Under the pieces are notes generated by a model. That model was not told the DNA's origin, searched no databases, and saw only the letters and a program-made list of their open reading frames with translations. Below are positions 24,635-37,502 of a stretch of DNA of 64,000 bases, in pieces (positions within the stretch are counted from its first letter, which is position 1; each line of letters begins with the position of its first letter). The position numbers and the translations under genes were made by a program. This DNA comes from Lama guanicoe (lineage: Eukaryota): positions 1,283,520 through 1,347,519 of the forward strand of contig MU053561.1 in the NCBI GenBank assembly GCA_013239625.1. The letters run 5' to 3'.

Positions 24635-25902
24635 TTTATGAAAGTAATTTGCACACAAAACACAGAGACTAAGTGTGTAGTTCAACAAGTTTTGACAAAT
24701 GTATACACTTAATGTATACAGAAAGATAAATCGCTGCCTTGATCAAGATACAGAGCACTTTCATCATCATGCTTTGCGATCATTACCCCCCATTCCTGGC
24801 CCACGGTAGCTATTGGTCTAGTCTTCATTATCACAGCTTAGTTTTGCCTCTCCTGGAACTTCATATAAATTCCATTGTACAGTGTGAACTCTTTGGTCTT
24901 TGGCCTCTTGTGTTCAGCCTAGTGTTTCTTAGGTTGATTCGTGTTCAGCCTAGTGTTTCTTAGGTTGATTCATACTGTAGCTTGATCAGTAGTTTACTTC
25001 TTAATGCTGCATCATTTTACTTGTTTATTTGCCAGTTGTTGGACATTTGGGTTGTTTCTAGTTTGGGGCTATTAGGATAAAGCTACTATGTATATCCTGT
25101 ATACAACCTGTTATGGACTTAGTTTTGCATTTCTCTTAGAAAAGGCTATCTAGTAAGTTGCTGGACCACAGAGTAAGTGTACATTTACCTTTATAAGAAA
25201 ACGCCTGTTTTCCAAATTGATTGTGCTGTCTTACATTATCACCAAAACTGTATGAGAGTTCCAGTTGCTCCACATTCTCATCAATGCTTGGTATGGTCTA
25301 TCTTTTTAATTTTATTCACTGTAACTTTAATTTGTGTTTCCCTGGTGACCAGTAATGTTCAACATCTTTACATGTGCTTACTGATCATTTATGTCTTTTT
25401 GGTTGAGTGTTGGCTCATGATTTTTACTAATTTTTATTGAGTTTTTTTTGTCTTTTAAGCAATGTTCCTGGAGTTCTCCAGATATTCTAAATGAAAGTCT
25501 TTTATTAGCTACATGCATTGCTCATATTTTCTTCAAATATATGGCTTGTCTTTTCTTCAAATCAGTTTTCAAATAAAGAAGTCTTTATTTTGATAAATTC
25601 AATTAAAATTTCTTTCTTTTATGGTAGTACTTGTGTTCTAAGAAATTTCTGCCTATCCAATAATGACAAAAAAACTCTTTTATATTTCTTTTAATTGTTT
25701 TTTTTTTAGGATTTTAGCATTCAGATTTACATCTGTAACCCATCTCCAGGTGGTTTTAGTGCAGGCTGTGAGATAGGGATTACAGTTTAACTTCTTTTAT
25801 ATGGATGTCCATTTGTTCCAGCACCAATTTTTGAAAAGAGTATCACTTCCTCCTATTGAATTAGCTTTGTTCCTTGTTAAAAATCAGTTGTCTCTGTATG
25901 TG
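24635..25902 (-). mobile_element. Old L1 (L1MC/ME-like) 3' portion
   Basis: GTTTTGCCTCTCCTGGAACTTCATATAAAT, GGACATTTGGGTTGTTTCTAGTTTGGGGCTATT, TGTATGAGAGTTCCAGTTGCTCCACATTCTC. Confidence 0.85.
24910..24971 (+). repeat. Perfect 31-bp tandem duplication
   Basis: GTGTTCAGCCTAGTGTTTCTTAGGTTGATTC twice (24910-24940, 24941-24971). Confidence 0.97.
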
Positions 25903-26307
25903 TGTAGTTACATTAGTTTCAGATGAACAATATAATGATTTAATATTTTTATTCATTATATTCCATATAAAGTTACTTTAAAATATTGGCTATCTCACCT
26001 GTACTGAACATTATATCCTTTTATCTTATGTATTGTATCCCTAATAGTTGTAGCAGTTAATCCCCTTCCACTGTCTTGTTCCTCCCCCACCCTTCTCCCA
26101 CAATGCAACTAGTAACAACTAGTTTGTATGTTTCTGTTTTGTTATATTTATTCATTTGTTTCATTTTTCAGATTCCACATATAAGCGAAACACGTAAGTA
26201 TTTGTTTTCCTCTGTCTGACTTGTTTCACTAAGCATAATATCCAACAGGTCCATGGCAGAATTTGATTGTTTATAATGGCTGGGTAATTAATACTCCACT
26301 GTGTGTG

Positions 26308-26338
<31 letters not shown>

Positions 26339-29300
26339 ATACACCACATCTTCTTTATCTATTCATCTATTGAGGGACACTTAAGTTGCTTCCATATCTT
26401 GGCAGTTGTAAATAATGCTGTTCTGAACCCTGGGGTTCATACTTTTTCAAATTAGTGTTTTTGTTTTCTTCAGATATATATCCAGGAGTGGCACTGCTAG
26501 GTTATATGGTAGTTCTATTTTTAATATTTTGAAGAGTCTTCATACTGTTTTCCATAGTTACTGTACCAATTTACATTCCCACCAACAGTGTATTCCCTTT
26601 TCTCCACATCCATGGCAACAGTTGAAATTTCCATTCTTTTTGATGGTAGCCATTTGACAGGTGTGAGGTAATAGTTCATTGTGATTTTCATTTGCATATC
26701 CTTGAGCATCTTTTTATGTGCCTATTGGCCATCTGTATGTCTTTGGAAAAATGCCTATTCAAGTCGTCTGGCCATTTTTAAATTGGGTTGTTTATGTGAT
26801 ACTGAGTTGTGTAAGTCCTTTATGTATTTTGGGTGTTAACCCCTTATCAGACATATCTGTAAATATCTTCTTTCAACAACAGGTTGTCTTTTGATTTTGT
26901 AGATGGTTCCTTTGCTGTGAAAAAGCTTTTAAGTTTGATTAGGTTCCATTTGTTTATTTTTGCTTTTGTTTCCTTTGCTTGAGGAGACATATCCAAAACA
27001 ATATTGCTGAGATCTGTGTCAAAGAGTGTACTTCCTATGCTTTCTTCTAAGAGTTTTATGGTTTCTAGTCTTACATTTAGGCCTTTTTTCAATTTTGAGT
27101 TTGTTTTTGTACATGGTGTGAGAAAATGTTCTAATTTTATGCTTTTAAATGTAAGCTGTCCAGTTTTCTCAACACTATTTACTGAAAAGGCTGTCTTTCC
27201 CCATTGTATATTCTTGCCTCCTTTGTTGTAGGTTGATTCATCATATATGTGTGTGAATATTTGTGGGCTATTTTGTTCCATTCATCTGTATGTCTGTTTT
27301 TGTGCTGGTACCATTCTCTCTTGATTACTGTAGCTTTGTAGTATAGTTTGAAGTTAAGGATTTTTGTATCTATCATCATCAGGGGTATTGGCCTGTAATC
27401 TTCTTTTTTTGTAGTGTCTTTGGTTTTGGTATTAGGGAAATTGTGGCCTCTTGGAATGAATTTGGAAATGTTCCCTCTTCAGCATTTTGGAATAGTTTGA
27501 GAAAGATAAGTACTAATTCTTCTTCAAATGTTTGGAACTCTACCGAGTGCCCTTGTGAAGCCATCTAATCATGGGCTTTTGTTTGTTGGAAGTGTTTGAT
27601 TATTGATTCAATTTCAATACTAGTAATTAGTCTGCTCAGGTTATCTGCTTCTTGATTCAGTCTTGGATGAATGTATGTTTCTAGAAATGTATCCACTTAT
27701 TCTAGGTTGTCCAATTGATTGGTGTATAACTGTTCATAGTTGTGAACTCTTGTGGTTGTTCGTATTTCTTTAATATAGGTTGTAACTTCTCTTTCATTTC
27801 CAGTTTTGTTTTGGGGGAGGTCCTTTTTCTTTTCTTAATGAGCCTGGATAAAGGTTATCATTTTGTTTATCTTTCCAAAAAACAGCTCTTGGTTTCATTA
27901 AGCTTTTCTTTTTTGTCCTCTATTGTAATTATTTCTGCTCTGATATTTATCATTTTCTTCCTTTTGCTGACTTTGTTCTTTTGCTAATTCCTTTAGATGG
28001 TAAGTTAGATTGCTAATTTGAGAGATTTTTTTGTTTTCTGAGATAGGATTGTAACACTGTAAACTTCCCTCTGTGAACTGTACTGCTGTGTCCCACAGAT
28101 TTTGGAAAGCTGTGTTTTAATATTTATTAGTCTCAAGGTAATTTTAATTTCTTGATTTCTTCATTGACACACTGGTTTTTTAAGTAGCATGTTGTTTAGT
28201 CTCCATGTCTTCATTTCTTTCCATTTTCTTTCTATAACATATTTCTAGTTTCTTACCATTGTAGTCAGAAAAGATACTTGATAAAAATTTGTGACTCCTT
28301 AAATTACTGAGATTTGTTTTGTAACCTAATATGGGATCTAGCCTGGAGAACATTTCATGTGCACTTGAAAATAATGTGTATTATGCTGTTTTGAGATGGG
28401 ATGACCCATAGATTTTTACTAAGTTCATCTGGTCTAATATGTCATTGAAGGCTACTGCTTCCTTACTCATTTTCTGTCTGGATGATGTATCCATTGATGT
28501 CAGTGGGGTGTTAAAGTCCCCTACTATTACTGTATTATTGTCATCTTCTTCCTTTATGTCTGTTAATACTTGCTTTGTACATTTAGGTGCTCCCATACTA
28601 GGTACATATGTGTTTACAAGGGTTATATCCTCTTCATGTATTTGCCCCTTTATTATAATATAACTCCCTTTGATGTCTTTTATTATAGATTTTGTTTTTA
28701 AGTCTCCTTTGTCTGATACGAATATTGCTACCTCAGCTTTGTTTTCATTTCCATTTCCATGGAGTATCTTTGTCCATTTTCTCACTTTTGGTCTGTATGT
28801 GTCTTTAGCTTTGAAGTGAGCCTCTTTTCCGTGGCTTATAGATGGGTCTTGTTTTTTAAGCCAGTCTGCCACCCTGTGTCTTTTGATTGGAGCATTTAGT
28901 CCATTGGCATTTAAACTGATTACTGATAGGTATGTACTTACTGCCATTTTGTTACCTGTTTCCTGGTGATTTTAATAGTTCTTCTGTTTTGTTTTCTCTT
29001 ACTTTAGTCTCTTCCTTGTGGTTTGATTATTTTGTTTCCAATTATGTTTAGTTTCTTTTATCTCTAATTTTTGTGTATCTATTGTAGGTTTTTGACTTGT
29101 AGTTACCATGGAGTTGATATATATCTACCTAAACTATCCACTTACTTTACTGATAGTCATTTGAGTTCAAACACATTCTAAAAGATCAATGTTTTATCCC
29201 TCCAACATTTTGTTTTGATGGCTGGCACAGGTGCTTGACAGGGGCGAGGGGCATGATGGGGTAGCTGCAGGAAACCAGCCAGAGTCCCAGGCAGTTTCAA

Positions 29301-29786
29301 TCTGCTTCCTCTGTCTTTTTGCTGGGAGTAAGCAAGTATATGCATGCTCTTCACTAGCAGAGTTGAAGTTTTTTTCTGAGAGTCTAATGCTACTTCTGAC
29401 ACTGCAGCCCCTGCAGTCGTAGACTTCCTCTAAGTCCCACTGGTTTTCAAACCATCCCAGGAGATGTGTCTTCCTTTTGTCAGGGCTGGGGTGCCCAAAA
29501 TGTGATCTGAACTGCTCACTCTGTAGGGAGGATCTCCTCATTTGCAATATTCCTCTTCTCTTTTGTGTCCCCTCCTCTGGGCATGGGTCCTGATCTGAGA
29601 GTTTCTCCTCCCTTCCTACGCAACTCTGTATGGATCTTTTATTTACAGACTTGGTTGTAGTAGAGTCTTTCTGCCAGTCTCTAGTTGGTTTTCAGTGAAA
29701 ATTGCTCCACGTGTAGACATAGTTTTGATGTGTTCGTGGGAGGAGGTGAGCTCGGTGTCCTCCTACTCTGCCATCCTGATCTCCTG
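25903..29786 (-). mobile_element. L1 with both termini but two large internal deletions (ORF1 and most of RT)
   Basis: 5' end with decayed YY1 (AGGATGGCAGAGTAGGAGG) at ~29759-29778; inter-ORF at ~28950-29218; endonuclease at 28381-28947; ORF2 C-terminal peptides at 26161-27379. Confidence 0.9.
28381..28947 (-). pseudogene. L1 ORF2 APE-like endonuclease domain remnant (188 aa open)
   Basis: ISLNANGLNAPIKRHRVADWLKKQDP..., IVGDFNTPLTSMD..SRQK. The catalytic QETH motif has decayed (GKEAH) and a stop occurs before the domain ends. Confidence 0.92.
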
Positions 29787-31949
29787 AACTTGTCTTATGT
29801 GTTATCTTCATGTAGTGTCAAGATCTCTTAACTGGGGGAACCAGCCGCTAGGTTCTATGCTACTCCTGACATTAACCTGCTATAGAGTCTGGCAAGTTTC
29901 TCCATCCTCTGGGCCAAGTCTTCTCAGATGTGAAATAAAGCAGATGGCTTAGATATTTAAGTTTTGAGTCTAAACTAAAGACTCCAAATTGAGTTTTCAG
30001 TTCTAAAATCTTACGTGCTTATGAGCAAAATATATACCTCAACATTACCTGAACTCCTTGCCCCAAACACTTGCTTACATAAGGTTCAATGGTGAGGGAA
30101 CAAAATCTATGAGGGAGGAGTTTCCTTGTTTGATTACAAAATATTTTACAATCACTCTTGACCATTTCTTTCCTGTCCTCTTCTCCCTCTGCACGGTCTC
30201 CCCTGTTTTCTAAGCTAAAGGATCAAAGTTGATTTGAGTCATCCTTAATCTAAGTGGGGAATGGTTTGTCCCATAAGCCATATTGTGTCATAATATAAGC
30301 TACTCCTTGAGTGACTTAGGCTCTTTGGAACTTACTTTTAGTTTAGTGGGAAGTAGCTAGAAAATTATAAGAAATCCAACTGTGTGTTCCTAAAAGCATT
30401 CACCCACTGTGATTAGCAGAATCTGTTTGTAATGAGTACTGAATTAGGACTCACATTCCTAGCCCACTGCTTCCCACACATGGCCTACTTTTTCTGCCTG
30501 CTTTATGTTTGAGGTAGAGAAGAATGCAGAGTGGTAGTTTCCTGGGAAAGGCAGGCCACACTAGCAGGAATTACCATGGAACCAGTCAGACCGGGGCTTG
30601 AGTGCTGTCTGTGCTCTCACTGTGCCCGATCTTGGACATAGGATTTACTTTCTCTAAGCTTCTGCTCTCTTCCTCTGTAAAGTGGGGTTACACTTCTACC
30701 TCAAACAATAGCAACAAGGGAAGTGTATCCAAAGGTGTCAGTTATGACGTGTGACACATATAAAACAAATAATCCATTTTGGTTTCTTTCTTTTCTTTCT
30801 CTTGATTCTGTTATGGTCTTTAATAATGTGGCTTCTAAGCAGAATGCCATTCTTTTGACATTTATTGAACATCTATTATGTAATAAACATTGCTTTAGAT
30901 TCTGAGGTGACAGAAATAAGTAAGGTAGGAACACTGTTCTCAAACATAGTCTAGTAGGGGAGTCAATATATAAACAAACAAGAGCTGTGCCCCAGTGTGG
31001 TAAGTACCTGGTGCCCAGATACAGAGGCAGTTTAAAGGAGAGAGGATTAACTCCCATCTCCCCTGGTCTTTTGTTTTTTTCCTCTGTTCCCACTTAATCC
31101 CTCTCCTTCCTCCAGCCTTTCCTTTCCCTGCAGCCAAGTGTGACAGTTGGGCAGGGCTGTTGGGAGTAGGGAAGTCTTTCAGTTCCTTTTTCCCCACGTC
31201 CTAAGCTCAGCATATAGGAACATTACACAGGGAGCCATAAAAAAAAGTTCTTTCTTATAGCGCGTTTCAGGGTTTTTTCCAGTGACATCATGGGCCATCT
31301 GGATTTGGAGACAGCAGCTTCGTCCAGAACACACGCACACTCTCCCCTGCCAGGCCCTGCAGGCCTGCGCCCTCGGATCAGAGCACTGTAAACGTCCTGT
31401 AAAGCTGTGTGCTTAACGGCCTCCTCAGAAGCAGTCTACGGAAGATGGCCTTTTCTCCTGCAGCCCCACGTAGGAGGCATAAGGTGGATTCTCAGCACTG
31501 GGGCCTTAGAGAGGAGGGTGAGAAGTGAGATTCTGAGGTTTCTACAAAAATACCACACTGCCTCCTGCTGAGAGGAAGAAACCCATTTTCCAGTAGGAAA
31601 CCTGAATTTAACTTCAGCAATGTAACAGATTCAGGTTAGATGTAAGCATGCCTGTTTAACACTGGAATGTTTTAGGAATTGTCTCTGGTATTATCTCAGA
31701 GGATTTTGAAAGAGAGGGAAAATGACTGTACCCAGTAGCCACAAAGCTGGGGCTGGAGCCTCCATTTTGCCCAAATAGTGGAGGAGAGAATGTAGAACTG
31801 GGAACGAACGAAGCTAGTTTCAGATCTAGCCTTGAACAGTCTCAAATCCTGTGCATGATTAGAAAAATTATGCTTCATTGAGCTGGTTCTCTTCTGTGAA
31901 CTAGAAAACATGATCCCTCCTCTCAGATGAGTCACGTCCCCATTCTGAA

Positions 31950-32560
31950 GAATTGGTTGGTTCTGCCTCCAAAGTATAACTTGACTTACCCACTGCTTGC
32001 CATCTCTGGGGCCATTTTGCTGATCTGGCTCTTCTTGTATCCAACTTGAACAATGGACACGGCTTCCTAAGTTTTCCACTCTTGCTCCCTTACTTCAATT
32101 CATCTTCTGTACAGAAGCAGCTGTAAAAAAAATATGTATATAAATTGGATTATATTATTTCCATGCCTATGTTGGCTTCCATTGACTTAACATGAAGTTC
32201 AGCTCCTCCCACCCTCACTAATTCACCCTTGACATCCTTGTCACTCCTCTCTGCTGTTCTAACCGCACGTGTGTGCTGGCCTTCAGGCCTTACGCTGTCA
32301 CTTCTACCAGACAGGCCTTTCTCTCTACTCTTACCTCCACCTCTCAGCTTACATAGCACTTCCTCGATGGTCTTTCCTCACCTTCTTCCCCTATGATTCT
32401 CTGTCACAGTGACTGTTATTTTATGTCATCGCAGGTACCATTCCTCATTGTATGTTGAGGGGTGGTTTTATTTGTTGACCATCTAGATTTTTGACTGGAC
32501 TTCATGAAGGCAAGAACCGTGTCTGTTTTATTGGCCATTGTATACCCAGTGTCCTACACA
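31950..32560 (+). mobile_element. L2 fragments
   Basis: TTCTGCCTCCAAA, CATGAAGGCAAGAACCGTGTCTGTTTTATT..CATTGTATACCCAGTGTCCTACACAGTG. Confidence 0.65.
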
Positions 32561-32719
32561 GTGTAGGTGTGGAATGGGTGTGGAAATTGGGTAGAAGCAA
32601 GAGTCAAGGAAGGCATCAGGCCTGGAGCTCATTTGGCCTGTATCCAAGGACACTGTGTTTCTGATGGGTCTCACCCACACTGCACATCCTTTTCTTTGCG
32701 AGGACGGCATGGTGCCATG

Positions 32720-33425
32720 ATAGGCATGTTTATCACTGTGTTTTTCATTTGCTTTTCCTGATGACTAGGGAGATTGAGAATTCTCTTGTGTACCTATTGG
32801 CATTTGCATCATTTTTTCTTTGGTAAAGTGTTAAGTGTTTTGCCCATTTTTTTAGTTGTCTGTTATCTTTCTTTCTTTCTTTTTTCTTTTTCATACTTGT
32901 AGCAAGTATTACTATCAGACTCCTCTCACTGTGCCAGAGACAGTTGTGGTGGTAGCGAAAAACTTGTCCCTCATGTAGCACACTACCTACACTTGTGACT
33001 TCATCAGCCAACCAGTGGCCTCAACTCCAAGCTCTAACAATGCGCGGTCTATGGTGTTTTCTTATTAAAGTATTTTCTGTCATTCTGTGAGCTGCCTTTC
33101 ACTCTACTAATAGTATCTTAATGAACAGAAGTTCTAATCCTAGTTTAGCCTAATTATTTTTTTCTTTTATGGCTAGGACTTTTGGTAACATGTTCAAGAA
33201 ATCTTTGCCTGCCCCAAATTATGAAGATATTCAAAGTTTTATTCTAAAAGCTTTATTGTTTTATAATTCCCATTCAGACCTGCAGTCTGTTTGAAATTGA
33301 CTTGGGAGCATGATATGAGAAAGGGCTTAAGAGTCTTTCTTTCTTTCTTTTTTTCTTTAAGCACCATATGTATACCCAGTTGACCAGCACCATTTACTGA
33401 AAAGATATGCTTTTCCCATTCTCCT
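32720..33425 (-). mobile_element. Old L1 ORF2 3' fragments
   Basis: Minus-strand peptide QLKKWAKHL..ANANRYTREFSISLVIRK; AAGAAATCTTTGCCTGCCCCAA, CAGCACCATTTACTGAAAAGA. Confidence 0.7.
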
Positions 33426-33809
33426 GGGTGTCATGAAGGACTGGGATCAAGGCCTTGGGGTGCACCTTTTATGACTTAAAAACTAGAACTTGATTCGCTC
33501 TCTCAACATTCTGCCAGCATTGATCGCTGTAAACATTTGACTGTTGTGCAACTGGTTTCCCTCTAACTTTTCAGGGAGCCAGGCTGTAAGGGGAATAAGT
33601 CTCAGACAAGTTAACTTTAATTCTCCGAATAAATCTTCACATTTACCCATTTACCCCAAGTAGGGGATTCAATTATTACCTTCATTAGGAAATAGAATTT
33701 CAGGGAAATTAAGTAGCTTGTAAAAGTTTCCACAGTAGCGGAGACAGAATTCAACCCAAGGACATTCTGACTCCAGAACCTGAGTTTTAAGTCTCTTTAA
33801 GATTTCTGA

Positions 33810-36800
33810 TTTCTCTACATACTCACCAAGAGTTGTCTTTTTTTTTTCCATAATAACCATCCAAATAGGTGTGAGATGATGATATCTCGTTGTGGTTTTG
33901 GCTTTCATTTCCCTAATGATTCTTGACCTTGATTGAACATCTTTTCATATATCTGTTGTCCAAGTGTATGTCTTCTTTGAAGACATCTATTTAAGTCCTT
34001 AGCCCATTTTTCAATTTTTTAAACATTTTTTATTGAGTTATAGTCATTTTACAATGTGTCAAATTCCAGTGTAGAGGCACAATTTTTCAGTTATACATGA
34101 ACATACATATATTGTCACATTTTTTTTTTCGCTGTGAGCTACCACAAGATCTTGTATGTATTTCCCTGTGCTATACAGTATAATCTTGCTTATCTATTCT
34201 ACATATGCCTGTCAGTACCTACAAATTTTGAAATCCCATTCTGTCCCTTCCCACCCCTCCCCATGGCAACCACAAGTCTATATTCTATGTCTATGAGTCT
34301 GTTTCTGTTTTGTATTTATGTTCTTTTTTTTTTTTAGATTCCACGTATGAGCAATCTCATATGGTATTTTTCTTTCTCTTTCTGTCTTACTTCACTTAGA
34401 ATGACATTCTTAAGGAACATCCATGTTGTTGCAAATGACCTTATGTTGTCGGTTTTTATGGCTGAATACTATTCCTTTGTATAAATATACCACATCTTCT
34501 TTATCCAGTCATCTGTTGATGGACATTTAGGCTCTTTCTATGTCTTGGCTATTGTAAATAGTGCTGCTGTGAACATTGGGGTACAGGTGTCTTTTTAAAG
34601 TAGGCTTCCTTCTGGATATATGCCCAGGAGTGGGATTCCTGGGTCATATGGTAAGTCTACTCCTAGTCTTTTGAGGAATCTCCGTACTGTTTTCCACAAT
34701 GGCTGCACCAAACTGCATTCCCACTAGCAGTGTAGGAGGGTTCCCTTTTCTCCACAGCCTCTCCAGAATTTGTCATTTGTGGGTTTTGAATGATGGCCAT
34801 TCTGGCTGGTGTGAGGTGATACCTCATTGTAGTTTTGATTTGCATTTCTCTGATAATTCGTGATATTGAGCATTTTTTCATGTGCCTATTGATCACAGAA
34901 AACTGTAAACAATTGGTGAAGGAAATTAAAGAAGGCTTTAAAAAATGGAAAGATATCCCATGCTACTGGATGGCAAGAATCAATATTGTTAAAATGGTCA
35001 CACTGCCCAAGGCAATCTACAGATTTATTGCAATCCCTATCAAATTACCCAGGACATATTTCACACAACTAGAGCAAATCATAATATAATTTATAAGGAA
35101 CCACAAAAGACCTAGAATTGCTAAAGCATTACTTACTAAAGAAAAAGAAAGAGGCTGGAGAAATAATTCTCCCAGACTTCAGACAATACAATAGAACTAC
35201 AGTAATAAAAACAGCATGGTATTGGTACAAAAATAGACATATAGACCAATGGAACAGAATAGAGAGCCCAGAAATGAACCCACAAACGTTTGATCAACTA
35301 ATCTTTGACAAAGGAGGCAAGAATATACAATGGAATAAAGACAGTCTCTTCAGCCCATGGTGTTGGGAAAACTGGACAGCAGCATGTAAATCAATGAAGC
35401 TAGAACACTCCCTTACACCATACACAAAAATCAACTCAAAATGGATCAAAGACTTAAACATGAGACAAGATACAATAAACCTCCTAGAAGAAAATATAGG
35501 CAAAACATTATCTGGCATACATCTCAAAAATGTTCTCCTAGGGCAGTCTACTCAAGCAATAGAAATAAAAGCAAGACTAAACAAATGGGGCTTAATTAGA
35601 CTTTACAAGCTTCTGCACAGCAAAGGAAACCATAAGTAAAACAAAACGCCAACCTACGGAATGGGAGAAAATTTTTGCAAATGAAACTGACAAAGGTTTG
35701 ATCTCCAGAATATATAAGCAGCTCATACAACATAATAAGAAAGAAACAAACAACCCAGTTCAAAAATGGGCAGAAAACCTAGGCAAGCAATTCTCCATTT
35801 TTCAATTTTTTAAAAAAATTATTAAATTATAGGAGTTCGTTATATATTTTGGAAATTAACCCCTTATCAGATACATGGTTTGCAAATACTTTTTTCCCAT
35901 TCCACAGGCTGCCTTTTAAGAACTTATGGCTTCTTTTACTTTGCAGAAGCTTTTTCATCTGAGGTAGTGATACTTGTCATATTTGCTTCTGTTGACTATG
36001 CTTTGGTGTTATAGCCATGAAATGACTGCCAAGACCAATGTCATGAAGCTTTTCTCTTATGTTTTCTTCTTGGAGTTTTATTATTTTAGAGTGAGTTTAA
36101 CTCTTTAAACTATTTAGAGTTCAGTTTATTTGTGTATGGTATGTGTGTCCAATTTCATTTTTTTATATGAGGATATGCAGTTTTCTTAATACCATTTGTT
36201 GAAGAGACCGTCCTTTCCTTGTTCTATATTCTTGGCATGCTTTGTAGGATAAGTTGACCATATAGGTGTGTATTTATTTCTGGGCTTTTATTCTGTTCCA
36301 TTGGTCTATGTCTGTCTTTCTGGCAGAGCCACACGTACACACAAAAAAGATAACAAGTATTGGTGAAGATACGGAGAAATTGGAACACTCGCGCACTGTT
36401 GGTTGGATTGCAAAATAGTGCAGCCACTATGGACAACAGTATAGAGCTTCTTGTAAAAATTGTAACTAGAACTACCATATGATCCAGCAATACCGCTTCT
36501 GGGTATATATCCGAAAGAACTGAAATCAGAATGTCAAAGAGATATTAGCACTCTGATGTTCATTGCAACACTATTCACAGTAACCAAGATATGAATATGA
36601 CCTAAATGTCCAGAGACAGGTGAATGGATTGAAATTTTTTTGTATCTACATACAATAGAATATTATTCAGTCTTAAAAAAGAAGAAAATACTGAAATATG
36701 CAGCTTCATGGTTGAACCCTTGGGGACATTATGCTAAATGAACTAAGCCAGTCACAGAAGGACGAATATGGCATGATTCCACTTATATGAGATATCTCAA

Positions 36801-37030
36801 ACAGTCAGACTTATAGAAACAAAGAATAAAATGGTGGTTGCCAGAGGCTGAGGGCAAGGTGAATAGAGAGGTGCTAATCAATGGGTTAAAATTTAAGTTA
36901 CACAAGATGAATAATTTCTAGAGATCTGCTATACAACACTTTGCTTATAGATAACAACCTTATATTGTACTTTTAAACATTTATCAAGAGGGTAGCTAAC
37001 ATGTGTTCTCACCACAATAAAAGAAATAAC
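33810..37030 (+). mobile_element. Older 5'-inverted L1 (L1MA-like), interrupted by a younger L1
   Basis: Antisense ORF2 at ~33810-34020 and 35812-36322; sense ORF2 end and 3' UTR at ~36345-37030, ending CTCACCACAATAAAA. Confidence 0.85.
34021..35794 (-). mobile_element. Young lineage-specific L1 with a twin-priming 5' inversion
   Basis: 34021-34893 minus (3' UTR plus [10 protein letters not shown]..); 34894-35794 plus (ORF2 KWKDIPC..., 173-aa ORF 35118-35639); perfect TSD CCATTTTTCAATTTTTT at 34004-34020 and 35795-35811. Confidence 0.93.
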
Positions 37031-37471
37031 AAGAAAAAATAAATCTCAATGCACACAGTCTCTGATAGATCCAAAGAAGATCAGAGTTAGACCCTGAAAG
37101 TTATATGGCTTGGTGATTTTCACACTTATTTTGAAAAATTAGGAGTTACACTTCAGCACCTCACTCTGAGGAGGGGATGAATACCAGGAGGCGGGGATAT
37201 TTAAGAGCCATATAGAGGCTGCCTACCACAAACCCATACTGTCTCTCTTTCTGTAGTCCCTATCTTTGTGTATGGAACTACATACAGTCTTTCCAGCTGA
37301 CTCATCCAGAATCTTGAGAATAATCCTCGTTTTTCCCCTTCCCCTACTCTTCCGCCCAATACTATTTGATCTCCTAACCCAAATCAATTTTATGTTCAGA
37401 TTCTTTTAAAATTATTATCTCCTCTCAATTCTCACTTCTCTGTTAATAATACTAGCTCTCTCTTTGTGTGC

Positions 37472-37473
<2 letters not shown>

Positions 37474-37500
<27 letters not shown>
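37474..37500 (+). repeat. (TG)n microsatellite
   Basis: Pure TG run. Confidence 0.95.

Positions 37501-37502
<2 letters not shown>

Noticed and set aside
35118..35639. 173-aa ORF as a functional CDS
   Set aside because: It is an L1 ORF2 fragment in the inverted arm of a truncated element, with no promoter and frameshifts on both sides.
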